Positions 11,674 to 21,392 of a stretch of 64,000 bases of DNA are shown piece by piece. The stretch covers positions 31,591 to 95,590 of the forward strand of contig NZ_JBKJMB010000087.1 in NCBI RefSeq assembly GCF_046596595.1, in the 5' to 3' direction. The stretch comes from Sphingorhabdus sp. (GTDB lineage: Bacteria; Pseudomonadota; Alphaproteobacteria; Sphingomonadales; Sphingomonadaceae). The position numbers were made by a program, and so were the translations under genes. Numbering within the stretch: position 1 is the stretch's first letter; each line of letters begins with the position of its first letter. The notes beneath the pieces were generated by a model. That model searched no databases. It had not been told where the DNA came from and worked only from the letters and a program-made list of their open reading frames with translations.

Positions 11674-12345
11674 TTAAACCGCCATGTTGCGCGCACGCGA
11701 TGATGAATGGCCACCATATCGATACAATACATCTTGCGCTTGTGACTGGTCCACGTCGGACGAATTTACCGTCACCAACACACCGCCATGTTTCATTTGG
11801 CCACCATAATAAGTAGCATCTTCATCGCTGACCCCATGCTCCTTCAACGCTTCGTTGAAAGTACCAGCAGCGGCACCCGCGATTGCACCGATTGCCATTG
11901 CCTCGGGTACGACACTAGCCGCAATAGCACCAATCGCTGCAAGTGGACCGACGCCTGGAATGGCCAATGCGGCAACGCCGAGACCAGCGCCTAAAGCACC
12001 GCCGCCCAAAATACCACGCAGGTAACTTGTATGTTCCTCATCAGTGACCTCACCGCCACCTTCGCGCGTCGTCATCGTGCCTTTTGATTGCGCAATAATC
12101 GACAAATCACTGTCTCTGACGCCAATCTCACGCAATGCGACAACGGCCTGTTGCGCCTCTTGCTCATTGTCGAAAACCGCAGACGCAACGCCTGTCTGGT
12201 GCGTTCCGGACTGCTGGTTCATTTGCCCATTGTCCATATCAGCACCCATGCCGCTTTGCGCGCCGGTAATGCCGTTTGAGTTGTTTTCATAAGGTCCACG
12301 GTTGGCATCGTTACCACCAAACGCTGATCGATTATCATCAGTCAT
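11674..12345 (-). CDS. General stress protein (YflT/17M-like, Gly/Ala-rich hairpin)
   Basis: AVFDNEQEAQQAVVALREIG, AIPGVGPLAAIG and GVSDEDATYYGGQMKHGGVLVTV. Confidence 0.75.
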   Translation of the reverse strand: MTDDNRSAFGGNDANRGPYENNSNGITGAQSGMGADMDNGQMNQQSGTHQTGVASAVFDNEQEAQQAVVALREIGVRDSDLSIIAQSKGTMTTREGGGEVTDEEHTSYLRGILGGGALGAGLGVAALAIPGVGPLAAIGAIAASVVPEAMAIGAIAGAAAGTFNEALKEHGVSDEDATYYGGQMKHGGVLVTVNSSDVDQSQAQDVLYRYGGHSSSRARNMAV

Positions 12346-12426
12346 ATAGTCTCTCCTTAATGGCGAATTTCCGGGGAACCCGGCGACCTCATAAGGCCGA
12401 CGGGCATGTCATCGCACTGTGAAGTC

Positions 12427-12451
12427 AACAGCCGCTGCGGCGTTAAGTTCC
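12427..12451 (-). promoter_or_regulatory. EcfG/sigmaT-type promoter for general stress protein
   Basis: The minus strand reads GGAAC-ttaacgccgcagcggc(16)-TGTT, ~80 nt upstream of the ATG. Confidence 0.65.
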
Positions 12452-12589
12452 CGCGTTTCTAGGACTAGCAAAAGTGAAAATCAGGCGACGGGAATATAAA
12501 TCGCGCCAGCCTGTTTAGAGGGCAAATCTTCCTTGCGAACTACTGCCTGACAAGCGCGCCCGACACCTTGGTGGCGCGCTGAAACGTGT

Positions 12590-12984
12590 CTATTCGGCAA
12601 GCGGCGGCATGATCACAGGCCAGCCATCGACCCACTCCATCGGGCTCAAAAGCATCACACGCCGCGAGTTGACATCATCGGTCGCCTTTTCGCGTGAACG
12701 GGTGGCGTCCACTGCATGATAGAGTGTCCAATATTGGCCGTTGCCGTCGTGCACGATGGCATTGTGCCCTAGCGCAATCCAACGGCCATTCTCCCCTAAA
12801 ATCAAGCTGTTGGGTGTGCGAAAATCAAACGCGGTGCCTTCAAGGATGCAGGGTCGGGAAAATTCGCATCAAGGACAGGGTTGGCAACAAACTGACGTGC
12901 AGGTGCAATGTCCCGAACCGCCGCGCAACCGTTCAACACGCTAACCGATAATACGATGGTGAACGCAAGAGCTCGAGAGTTCAT
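12590..12984 (-). pseudogene. GH43 glycoside hydrolase lipoprotein with large internal deletion and frameshift
   Basis: The N-terminal lipobox LNGC and NPVLDANFPDPA join out of frame to the C-terminal WIALGHNAIV..YWTLYHA..RRVMLLSPMEWVDGWP. The ATG overlaps the galM stop. Confidence 0.8.
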
Positions 12985-14069
12985 GCAAGTTCTTCCTTGG
13001 TCGTACCAAATCGCCAGATAATGCTATTTTCGTAGACCTCCCCCGGAAGGAGCGTGACCGACGGGAACGCCGGCTGATTAGGTGCATCAGGAAACATCTG
13101 CGGCTCAAGCGCGATCGCGTCACCCATGCGATAGCTTTTCCCCGCCTTTCCGGCAGTGGAACCGTCAAAGAAGTTACCTGAATAAAATTGCAGCCCCGGT
13201 TGGTTGGAATACAATGTCATAGTCCGCCCGGAATGTGGATCCTCCAGCAAGGCCAAAAGGCGCGGTGCAGGTGCGACGGCTTCATCAATGACCCAATTAT
13301 GGTCAAACCCCCGACCATGACGCAATTGTTCATCGGCAACATCGCGGACATGGTTCTTGATGGGCGTGGGCGTGCGAAAGTCAAACGCGGTGCCTGCAAC
13401 ATTGCGCCGTTCTCCAGTTGGAATAAGCGCGCTGTCGACGGGCAGAAAACGCTCGGCTGGTATCATCAGCAGGTGATCCATCGCATCATATGCCGAACCC
13501 TCGCCCCCTAAGTTCCAATAAGCGTGATTGGACAGATTCACGCACGTCGGCGCATCGGTCGTGGCGCGGTAATGGACGGATACTGCATTGTCCTCGCTTA
13601 ACCGATACGTCGCAGTCACCGATAAATTTCCAGGATATCCCTGATCCCCGTCTGGGCTAATATACAGTAACGTGACCGACAACGCGTCTTCGTCGCAATC
13701 CGTCACAATCCAATTGACCTTGTCAAAGCCGACTTCCCCGCCATGCAAGGAATTCACGCCGTCATTTGCCGGCACATGATATTCTGTGCCGTCCAGCGTG
13801 AAACGGGCATGTGCGATGCGGTTGGCAACCCGACCAACGGTTGAGCCAAAAAACTGCGGTTGCGCAACATATTCATCCAGCGTTGTATAACCTGGCGTAA
13901 CATCGGCGACATAGCCCCGTACATCAGGGATGCAGACCGACTGAATGGAAGCACCATAGCTGATGATTTTAACCGACATGCCAGCGGCATTGGTCAGCGT
14001 GACCGCTTCGACGCTATCCCCATCGGCGAGCTTCCCAAAAACCTCTCTGCTCGTTTTCGAACCCGCCAA
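12981..14069 (-). CDS. galM: Aldose 1-epimerase (galactose mutarotase)
   Basis: GRVANRI, NSLHGG, NLSNHAYWNL, GFDHNW, QFYSGNF and ALEPQMFPDAPN motifs. Confidence 0.93.
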   Translation of the reverse strand: MAGSKTSREVFGKLADGDSVEAVTLTNAAGMSVKIISYGASIQSVCIPDVRGYVADVTPGYTTLDEYVAQPQFFGSTVGRVANRIAHARFTLDGTEYHVPANDGVNSLHGGEVGFDKVNWIVTDCDEDALSVTLLYISPDGDQGYPGNLSVTATYRLSEDNAVSVHYRATTDAPTCVNLSNHAYWNLGGEGSAYDAMDHLLMIPAERFLPVDSALIPTGERRNVAGTAFDFRTPTPIKNHVRDVADEQLRHGRGFDHNWVIDEAVAPAPRLLALLEDPHSGRTMTLYSNQPGLQFYSGNFFDGSTAGKAGKSYRMGDAIALEPQMFPDAPNQPAFPSVTLLPGEVYENSIIWRFGTTKEELA

Positions 14070-14110
14070 CGACTATCTCCTGTCTATTTAAGATGATTTA
14101 TATGATAAGA

Positions 14111-14376
14111 TAGCGACGGATAATCCATTGGGGCCAGACGGATCATCCATTGGGGCCATATGTCAAACAGCCAAAGCCCCTGTTGAAATCGCGGCCCGAC
14201 TGGTGGGCACCCGGGCATGCATCGGTCGCCCGGGACTGGATGGAAAGCCGCAATTGTTTTTCCATGCGTTTCACCCGAATACGGGCGGATACAACACATT
14301 TCGTGCGCTTTTGACCACGCAATTGTATTTCACCAAAGACATAGTCACGACCGGCAAAGCTGGGCCGGTTGAATGA
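14111..14376 (+). pseudogene. C-terminal fragment of a second GH43 hydrolase, frameshifted
   Basis: [30 protein letters not shown], a -1 shift at ~14230, then [16 protein letters not shown]...FRALLT. No N-terminal half is present. Confidence 0.65.
14115..14158 (+). repeat. 22-bp tandem duplication
   Basis: gacggataatccattggggcca / gacggatcatccattggggcca (21/22 identical) at the 5' break of the GH43 fragment. Confidence 0.85.
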
Positions 14377-14394
14377 TCTCGCCAACGCCGTCGG

Positions 14395-16833
14395 TTATTG
14401 CCGGCGCTCCGCAATGCAGCGCTCCACGTCATTCAGTTCGTAGGGCTTGCTGAGTACCCCTACCGATCTCGCTGCAATATGGGCCGCCAGATCGCCATCA
14501 GCAGGGTGACCGGATGAAATGATGATTCCCGTGTGGCCGTTCGTCACAAGCTCAGTGACCCAATTTTCCGCACTGCCATCCGGAAGGCTGATGTCGGTGA
14601 TCACAATGTCGAAATCGCCGCTCGCAAACGCGGCTTGCGCGTCGGACAAATTGCCCGCCTCTTTTATCTCTGCGCCCAGTTCATTCAGCATTTCAGCCAG
14701 ATTCATGCGTATAAGTATCTCGTCTTCGACAACAAGTACGCGCAACCGCTCTGCGTCCTCGCCGCCAGCTTTTGATTGCGATTGGTCGTCCGGCTCCACC
14801 GTAGCTGCCTTCTTTTCAACTTTTGCCATGACGCGGCCAATTTTTTGAAACAGCTGGTCATTCGTATAGGGCTTGGACAGCAGTTCTACCCCTTCGTCGA
14901 GCCGGCCCGCATGGACAATCGCATTTTCGGTATATCCCGACGTAAACAAAACGCCGATGTCGGGTAGGATCTCTTTCGCACGCCGCGCAAGTTCCGGGCT
15001 ACGTAAATTGCCGGGCATGACGACATCGGTGAAAAGCAAGTCGACCTTCGCGCCGCTTTCAATGATTGCTAGCGCCCGCTCGGCATTGGTAGCTTCAACG
15101 ACGGTGAAGCCAAACTCGCGCAATGTTTCTACAGCGGTGCTGCGGACTATGGCGTCGTCTTCGACTACCAATATTGTCTCGGCCGACGCCGTTTCGTGCG
15201 GAAACTGATTTAAAGGTACGTCGCGTTCGGTATCCTCCGCAGTCCGCGTGCGCTGCAGATATATGCGGACTGTCGTGCCGATTCCAACTTCGCTGTATAT
15301 ATTGATATGACCGCCGGATTGTTTCACCAATCCGTACACCATACTTAGGCCAAGGCCGGTTCCGCTGCCTGGTTCCTTCGTTGTGAAAAAGGGATCAAAT
15401 GCCTTTTCAAGCACGTCAGGTGCCATGCCCGCGCCGGTGTCCGTTACCGCCAGCATGACATATTGGCCCGGCGTCAAATCCGCATGTGCCGACGCATAAC
15501 GCTCGTCCAGAACGACATTTCCGGCCTCAATCGTAAGCTTGCCGGTCCCTTTCATCGCATCCCGCGCGTTGATTGCCAGATTGAGCACGGCGTTTTCCAC
15601 CTGCGCTGAATCAATCAGGCAATTCCAGATGCCCTCCTCGGCGATGGTTTCTACTTCAACAGCCTCACCCAGCGAACGGGTCAGCATTTCGCTCATGCCA
15701 TGTATTAACCGGCCGACATTGATGGATTTTGGCTGCAGTGGTTGCTGGCGGCCAAACGACAAGAGGTGAGATGCAAGCTTGGCTCCGCGCGCGACGCCGC
15801 CCATTGCGTTTTCTAACCGCTGTCGCGCCCGTGGGTTGTCTCCGATGTCGCGGCGCAGTAATTCAAGGCTGCCACCAATGACCTGAAGCAAATTATTAAA
15901 GTCGTGGGCAATCCCGCCAGTGAGCTGACCAATCGCTTCCATTTTTTGTGCCTGGAGCAGTTGCTCTTCCACACGTTTACGTTCCTCGATTGCCTCCGCA
16001 ACTTTGATCTGAAGCGAATCATTGAACCGGTGCATCGCGTTACGCGCAGTAATCTCGTCGCTAATATCGCGCACTTCGACAATGGTTCCTATGGCCACAT
16101 CATTATCGTCACGAATAGGCGAAGCTGTAAAACCTACCGGATAGAAACACCCATTTTTATGGACAAAGGTTTCTTCGCCCACGACCTGGTTTTCCTCGGG
16201 AAAGGCACGGTCAATCGCACATTCGTGCAAGGGAAAGTGCCGCCCATCAGGATAGCTGTGATGGATGACGTCATGGAGCGGCCGCCCTTGCGTCTCTTCA
16301 AATTTGTAGCCAGTTAATTTCTCAGCCGCGCTGTTCATGAATATGCATTGCTGTGAATCGTCCATCACAAACACCGCCATTTGGGTGTTATGCAAGATCG
16401 CATTAAGCCGCCCCGAAACATCCCTCAGTTCGCGTTCGATCTTATTGCGGTTAGTGACATCCTGGATCGCTGCAAAAAACACAGGCGGGGCATCATCACT
16501 TCGAATTAGCTGCAACTGAACTGCGACGTCGTAATGCGTGCCATCTTTACGACGGTGAACCGTATTGAAGTTCACCACGGGAATGCTGCCCGATATCAAA
16601 GGTTCAATTAATTCCCTAAACTGCGCTTCGCTGATTTCAGGCTTGAGGTCCCACGGGGTTAGATCGCGCAAGTCGTCCATGGTGTAGAGCAGATTATCGC
16701 GTGCCCCGCGGTTGACGAGTGTGAAGCGGCAGTCTTCGACAGAGAAGACATAAACTTCGCTGGCGGAACCTTCGACGATTTGTCCGAGCCGCTCATTGGA
16801 CAAGGGCGATGCATGGCTAATCCTAGTATCCAT
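14395..16833 (-). CDS. Cytoplasmic hybrid histidine kinase (PAS-PAS-HisKA-HATPase-REC-REC)
   Basis: [33 protein letters not shown] and GTGLGL; two receiver domains ([19 protein letters not shown]). Confidence 0.92.
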   Translation of the reverse strand: MDTRISHASPLSNERLGQIVEGSASEVYVFSVEDCRFTLVNRGARDNLLYTMDDLRDLTPWDLKPEISEAQFRELIEPLISGSIPVVNFNTVHRRKDGTHYDVAVQLQLIRSDDAPPVFFAAIQDVTNRNKIERELRDVSGRLNAILHNTQMAVFVMDDSQQCIFMNSAAEKLTGYKFEETQGRPLHDVIHHSYPDGRHFPLHECAIDRAFPEENQVVGEETFVHKNGCFYPVGFTASPIRDDNDVAIGTIVEVRDISDEITARNAMHRFNDSLQIKVAEAIEERKRVEEQLLQAQKMEAIGQLTGGIAHDFNNLLQVIGGSLELLRRDIGDNPRARQRLENAMGGVARGAKLASHLLSFGRQQPLQPKSINVGRLIHGMSEMLTRSLGEAVEVETIAEEGIWNCLIDSAQVENAVLNLAINARDAMKGTGKLTIEAGNVVLDERYASAHADLTPGQYVMLAVTDTGAGMAPDVLEKAFDPFFTTKEPGSGTGLGLSMVYGLVKQSGGHINIYSEVGIGTTVRIYLQRTRTAEDTERDVPLNQFPHETASAETILVVEDDAIVRSTAVETLREFGFTVVEATNAERALAIIESGAKVDLLFTDVVMPGNLRSPELARRAKEILPDIGVLFTSGYTENAIVHAGRLDEGVELLSKPYTNDQLFQKIGRVMAKVEKKAATVEPDDQSQSKAGGEDAERLRVLVVEDEILIRMNLAEMLNELGAEIKEAGNLSDAQAAFASGDFDIVITDISLPDGSAENWVTELVTNGHTGIIISSGHPADGDLAAHIAARSVGVLSKPYELNDVERCIAERRQ

Positions 16834-16978
16834 TGCCTCATCCCCTTCGTCCGGACATTCGTCCGCAAATAGTCTCAGCTTGCACGTCGCTGTACCGAAT
16901 AATCGCTAGCAAATCACCTGCTTTGAAGCAATTACCTTGCTGACGATTGTTCCTTTTTTCTGATGTAGTTATGCAAAC

Positions 16979-17641
16979 CTATGCTTTAATATCATGCGTA
17001 TTTGGAGGTTGCAAAAATCTGTTCTGGCCACGTGCAGCAAATACGGCTTTCAAACCGGCGGATTCTTCCTTGCCACTAAGAATATTGAGCGCCTCGCGCA
17101 CATCAAGCCAATAATGACTTACACTGTCCAGCGCCGCCGTCCGTTTTGCACCCAGATGGGAAACCAGATTTTGCGCTGCGCGGTTTTCCGCCAGCATCTG
17201 CATTTCGAGAACAGGCAAGTCCTCTTCAAGACAATCCAGCAGGACCGCCGCAATTAACATCCGGGCAAGGCCAAGACCGTGAAACTCATCGAGTACCGCA
17301 ATTGCAAGCTCACCATGCCAAGGCAGTTCCTCAGAACGAATTGCATGTGCTGCTGCAATCGGCGGGTGGTCTTGCCCATCAATCAATATTGCGCCCCAGC
17401 CGATATGGTCATGGCCGTCGACCGCACTCAAGCGTTTTACAATCGATTCAGGCGGTGTGCGAAAGGCAGAGAAGAAACGTAAATAGCGTGAACGGTCCGA
17501 CATTTCTGCGATGCCAGAACGGATATGTGCTTCATCGCTTGGCCGAATAGTGCGCAGACACACCGGTCGACCGTCCGACAAAACAGTCTCGATTTCACAG
17601 AACTTCATTGGGGAACGATTAGTATCTTCATCCATAAGCAA
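16979..17641 (-). CDS. GNAT N-acetyltransferase (stand-alone Pat-like GNAT domain)
   Basis: LRTIRPSD, SRYLRFFS, ELAIAVLDEFHGLGLARML and LAENRAA. Confidence 0.8.
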   Translation of the reverse strand: MLMDEDTNRSPMKFCEIETVLSDGRPVCLRTIRPSDEAHIRSGIAEMSDRSRYLRFFSAFRTPPESIVKRLSAVDGHDHIGWGAILIDGQDHPPIAAAHAIRSEELPWHGELAIAVLDEFHGLGLARMLIAAVLLDCLEEDLPVLEMQMLAENRAAQNLVSHLGAKRTAALDSVSHYWLDVREALNILSGKEESAGLKAVFAARGQNRFLQPPNTHDIKA

Positions 17642-17731
17642 CGGTATAACGCAAAACGCACCTTAAAGCAGCGTCAGTGGTTAAAAATCTGGAGTACTCG
17701 ACGAATACGGACAACAAAATGATGTGTCTGA

Positions 17732-18457
17732 TTATTGTCCCTGCCCATCGGCATCAGCATTGTCATAACGCATTTCCAGATAGCGGCCACGCACCGCAAG
17801 CTTGTCAAGCTCTCCGCGCGAAATCTGCCCCGTCATCGTTTCTATTTCCCGGTCGATGGTTTTAAGACCGTCAACGAGCTGCTGCGCTGGCGTTTTACCA
17901 GCATGCTCCTTGTGCTTCAGGCTATCGGGAATCCTCTTATAGCCGTTGATAAGCTCAGGCAGATGTTCGCCAACCAATTTACGCACTTCGCGCGCGGCGG
18001 GGTCATTGTCGTCGAGCGTTTGAAGTTGCGGTGCAAGCTGGTCCAGCCTTATGCCGATATCCTGCATCAGCGTCACCGCCGGCGGCGGCAATGCGGGTCG
18101 TTGTGCCTCGAGCCAGATTTCCGTTTTACCCGCCAATGTGCCAAGATCGGTCAGTTTGAGGCTTTCGGTGGTTGGCAGTGGCATTTCAGGGTAACGCATC
18201 AATACAAAGGCGGCGGCGGCAACCAGTAAAGCGGTTATCATAACGCCCCAGAAGCCAATACCACCGATGATCCCGCCGACTATGCCAGCCCCTATCAGAA
18301 CGACCCCGACGGCAATCACCGCCTTGCTCAACTTGCCCCAAAAATGGGCGCGCCGCAGCGCTTGGGACTTGGTGCCGATCGGCATCATGCGCACATTGCG
18401 CAGCGAACGCGCTGCTGCGGTCAGGGTATCATCGGAGTTGGAAGCGGGGCTGTTCAT
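17732..18457 (-). CDS. TelA-associated membrane protein (XpaC-like partner)
   Basis: Two N-terminal TM helices and a helical domain (VGEHLPELINGY); lies directly downstream of telA. Confidence 0.6.
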   Translation of the reverse strand: MNSPASNSDDTLTAAARSLRNVRMMPIGTKSQALRRAHFWGKLSKAVIAVGVVLIGAGIVGGIIGGIGFWGVMITALLVAAAAFVLMRYPEMPLPTTESLKLTDLGTLAGKTEIWLEAQRPALPPPAVTLMQDIGIRLDQLAPQLQTLDDNDPAAREVRKLVGEHLPELINGYKRIPDSLKHKEHAGKTPAQQLVDGLKTIDREIETMTGQISRGELDKLAVRGRYLEMRYDNADADGQGQ

Positions 18458-18473
18458 TTTTTACCTAGACTTT

Positions 18474-18522
18474 GTCATTCCCGCGAAGGCGGGAACCCAT
18501 GATCGGACTGCGCAGGAATGAC
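18474..18522. repeat. CGTC-type REP-like palindrome
   Basis: gtcattcccgcgaaggcgggaaccca followed by a degenerate inverted arm ending ggaatgac. Confidence 0.7.
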
Positions 18523-18541
18523 GGGATAGTGTCGGCACTGT

Positions 18542-19750
18542 CTACCCCTCCAATGCCGCAAGTAGTCCGCTGTCCTGCGTTGCCTTTACGGCTTGTGCCT
18601 GACCTTCTGCGCGCGCGATGTAGCCTTTGGACTTCTCGACTTCCTTCTCGAGCGCTTCAGACGTTTGCTTCATGCTATCGAGCGCCTTCATTTTGAACGT
18701 GTCGATTGCATCCATCGTGTCGTAGATGTTCTGGAAAGCGCGGCTCAGCGTTTCCAACGGAATGGTCGCGGCTGCCGCCTGTTCATGAATGCGTGCGGTA
18801 TTATCGCGCAGCAATTGGCCCGTGCTGTCGATAATATTGGCTGTTGTCGTGTTGAGCGAGGTAATCTGGTCCAAAACCAGCTTCTGGTTGGTCATCGCCT
18901 GCGCCACAGTCACAGCCGTGCGAAGCGCGCCAACGGTAGTCGTCGACGCCCTGTCCACGCCCTTTACCAGTTCGACGTTGTTCTTTTTCACCAGATCAAG
19001 CGCCAGATAACCCTGCACCGTAACAGCCATTTGCGTCAGCAGATCCTGCGTGCGCTGCCGTACATAAAACAGTGCGCTCTCCTTGATCGCCCGCGACTTC
19101 GCCGGATCGGACAACTCAAGCTCGGCGGCTTTCTCCTCCAGCTTCGCGTCGAGTTGCTTCGACATGACAATCATCTGTTCAAGCTTGCCCATGGCAACCC
19201 AAAGGTTCTGCCGCTCCACATCAATGGCGGCATTGTCCATCAACAGCTCGTCCTTGCCATTGCCAAGCCGACCGAGGATTGAACTGATATGCGTTTGCGA
19301 GCTTTGGTAGCTGTCGAAATAATTGCGCAATTTGTTGCCGAACGGAATGATACCAAACAGCTTCTGCTTGGTCATCAAGTTACCCTTTTTGGAAGGGTCG
19401 AGGTCTTCGACGACACGGCGTAATTCGGCGAGGTCCGCGCCAACGCCCGAGTCTGCATCCATGCGGCGAATAGGCTTATCGAGGAAACGGTTCGACTGGG
19501 CCGATGCTTCCATAATTTCCTTGCGGCCCATGTTGGTCAACTGGTCGACGCGCTTGCCGAACTCGGGGCTGTTGACGTCCTGCGCTATCAAGTCGGAGAC
19601 ATAAGCCTCTACCCGCTGCGCAAGCTTACTTTGCTGCTCGTCGGTGACCGGCACCAGCCCCATTGCCTGTTGCGATGTTACTGTTGGCACAGGATCAGGT
19701 GGGGTCAGTTTCAGCTCTTGTACTGTTTGGGTAACGGTTTCGGTCGACAT
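18542..19750 (-). CDS. telA: Toxic anion resistance protein TelA/KlaA family
   Basis: Start reassigned to MSTETVTQ (19750). Coiled-coil protein with KLFGIIPFG, LVKKNNVELVKGVDRA and ALRTAVTVAQA. Confidence 0.85.
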   Translation of the reverse strand: MSTETVTQTVQELKLTPPDPVPTVTSQQAMGLVPVTDEQQSKLAQRVEAYVSDLIAQDVNSPEFGKRVDQLTNMGRKEIMEASAQSNRFLDKPIRRMDADSGVGADLAELRRVVEDLDPSKKGNLMTKQKLFGIIPFGNKLRNYFDSYQSSQTHISSILGRLGNGKDELLMDNAAIDVERQNLWVAMGKLEQMIVMSKQLDAKLEEKAAELELSDPAKSRAIKESALFYVRQRTQDLLTQMAVTVQGYLALDLVKKNNVELVKGVDRASTTTVGALRTAVTVAQAMTNQKLVLDQITSLNTTTANIIDSTGQLLRDNTARIHEQAAAATIPLETLSRAFQNIYDTMDAIDTFKMKALDSMKQTSEALEKEVEKSKGYIARAEGQAQAVKATQDSGLLAALEG

Positions 19751-19831
19751 CGCTAAGTCCCTCTGTCCATGCAATTCATTACAGATGGAACGAGTGCCCG
19801 CGCATTTCAAGCACTTCCGTCCCCAGCTGTA

Positions 19832-20536
19832 TTATTTTTCTAATACAGCTTTGTCGTTGCCATTCAAAGCGGCTTCGACCAGCGGCGATAATCCTTCGAC
19901 AACCCGCGATACCCCTTTGGCGTTCGGGTGGATGTTGTCCGGCAGCATTAACGCGGCTTCAGTCACGACTCCGTCCAGAAAAAACGGGTATAGAGGCGCG
20001 TCATATTCTTTGGCCATCTGCGGGAATATACCGTTGAAAGACTTCCCGTAATCTTGGCCCAAATTCGGCGCAGCGACCATGCCGGTGAGAACGACGGGAA
20101 TGTCACGCCGTTTCAGTTCATCCATCATCGCGGTCATGTTCGCTCTGGTTTCCGCAGGTTTGATCCCGCGCAACATGTCGTTGCCACCAAGGCCAAGCAC
20201 AACAAGATCGGGCTTTCGCTCCAAATTATCGAGCACAAAGGCGAGCCGCGCCTTTCCGGCTGCGGTGGTGTCGCCCGATACCCCGGCATTGTGGACGCGG
20301 GCATTGATGCCGTCTGCCTTCAGCGCAGCCTGCAATTGTGGGGCCAGTCCCTCATTGGGTGCCAGTCGGTATCCTGCATAAAGACTGTCACCAAATGCCA
20401 CCACCAACCGGTCATATTGCGTAACCTTGGCACTAACCTGAGCGTCGGCCTTCGTTTCTGCTACAGGATTAGACCCGCATCCCGACAGCCCTTGGATTGC
20501 GACACATAAGGCACCATATAGCCAAAAACTTCTCAT
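19832..20536 (-). CDS. tesA: Arylesterase/thioesterase, SGNH (TesA-like) lipoprotein
   Basis: FGDSLYAGY, NAGVSGDTT, LGGND and DNIHPN motifs; divergent from ybbA as in the conserved tesA-ybbAP arrangement. Confidence 0.85.
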   Translation of the reverse strand: MRSFWLYGALCVAIQGLSGCGSNPVAETKADAQVSAKVTQYDRLVVAFGDSLYAGYRLAPNEGLAPQLQAALKADGINARVHNAGVSGDTTAAGKARLAFVLDNLERKPDLVVLGLGGNDMLRGIKPAETRANMTAMMDELKRRDIPVVLTGMVAAPNLGQDYGKSFNGIFPQMAKEYDAPLYPFFLDGVVTEAALMLPDNIHPNAKGVSRVVEGLSPLVEAALNGNDKAVLEK

Positions 20537-20578
20537 AAGGACTTTTCCTTGCACGCTCCGGTCAACATACATGCGGAT

Positions 20579-21250
20579 ATGGCAATCCGTGCAGCAAATG
20601 TCACCCTAAGCCTTGGTAGCAACGACGCATCGGTGTCAATTCTACGCGGTGTCGACCTTGCGGTGCCTTACGACAGCAGCGTTGCTTTGCTTGGGCCCTC
20701 CGGCTCTGGTAAATCATCATTGATGGCGGTGCTTGCAGGATTGGAACAAGCGAGCGGCGGAACTGTGCTGGTCGACGGCCTCGATTTTACCAAGCTGGAC
20801 GAGGACGAACTGGCGCGTGCACGGCGGGGCCGTATCGGGATCGTGCTTCAGGCATTTCATCTGTTACCGACGATGACGGCGCTTGAGAATGTCGCGATTC
20901 CGCTTGAACTGGCGGGTATAGCGGATCCCTTCGGAAGGGCGCAAAGCGAACTTGAGGCGGTCGGACTTGGCCACCGGCTGACGCATTATCCCTCGCAATT
21001 GTCGGGTGGTGAGCAACAACGTGTTGCCATCGCCCGTGCCATGGCCGCCGGGCCGAAGATCATCTTTGCCGATGAACCAACCGGCAACCTTGACGGTTCA
21101 ACTGGCACATCGATAATTGACCTGCTGTTCGAGCGCCGTGCGGCCTTGGGGGCGACGTTACTCATCATCACGCACGACCCGGAACTTGCCCGCAAATGTG
21201 ATCGCGTGATTTCGATGCATGACGGCCATGTTGTGGAGACCGCAGCTTGA
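20579..21250 (+). CDS. ybbA: ABC transporter ATP-binding protein (YbbA-like)
   Basis: GPSGSGKS, LSGGEQQRVAIARA and FADEPTGNLD. Confidence 0.88.
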   Translation: MAIRAANVTLSLGSNDASVSILRGVDLAVPYDSSVALLGPSGSGKSSLMAVLAGLEQASGGTVLVDGLDFTKLDEDELARARRGRIGIVLQAFHLLPTMTALENVAIPLELAGIADPFGRAQSELEAVGLGHRLTHYPSQLSGGEQQRVAIARAMAAGPKIIFADEPTGNLDGSTGTSIIDLLFERRAALGATLLIITHDPELARKCDRVISMHDGHVVETAA

Positions 21251-21262
21251 GCCAAGAATTTA

Positions 21263-21390
21263 AAATCCTCCCCGATTCGGGGAGGTGGCAGCGCGATGCG
21301 CTGACGAAGGGGGGTTTGAGCCTTTCGCCGCGCCAATTGCCCCCTCCACCACGCTGCGCGCGGTCCCCCTCCCCGTACCGGGGAGGATTT
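21263..21390. mobile_element. 128-bp MITE-like palindromic element with 12-bp terminal inverted repeats
   Basis: aaatcctccccg (21263-74) and cggggaggattt (21379-90), with internal hairpins; lies between ybbA and ybbP. Confidence 0.7.
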
Positions 21391-21392
21391 GG

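Noticed and set aside
14395-16833. PAS domains as LOV light sensors; GGAAC site upstream at ~16930-16953
   Set aside because: There is no GRNCRFLQ motif. The upstream GGAAC has only a weak ATT -10, so it was not called.
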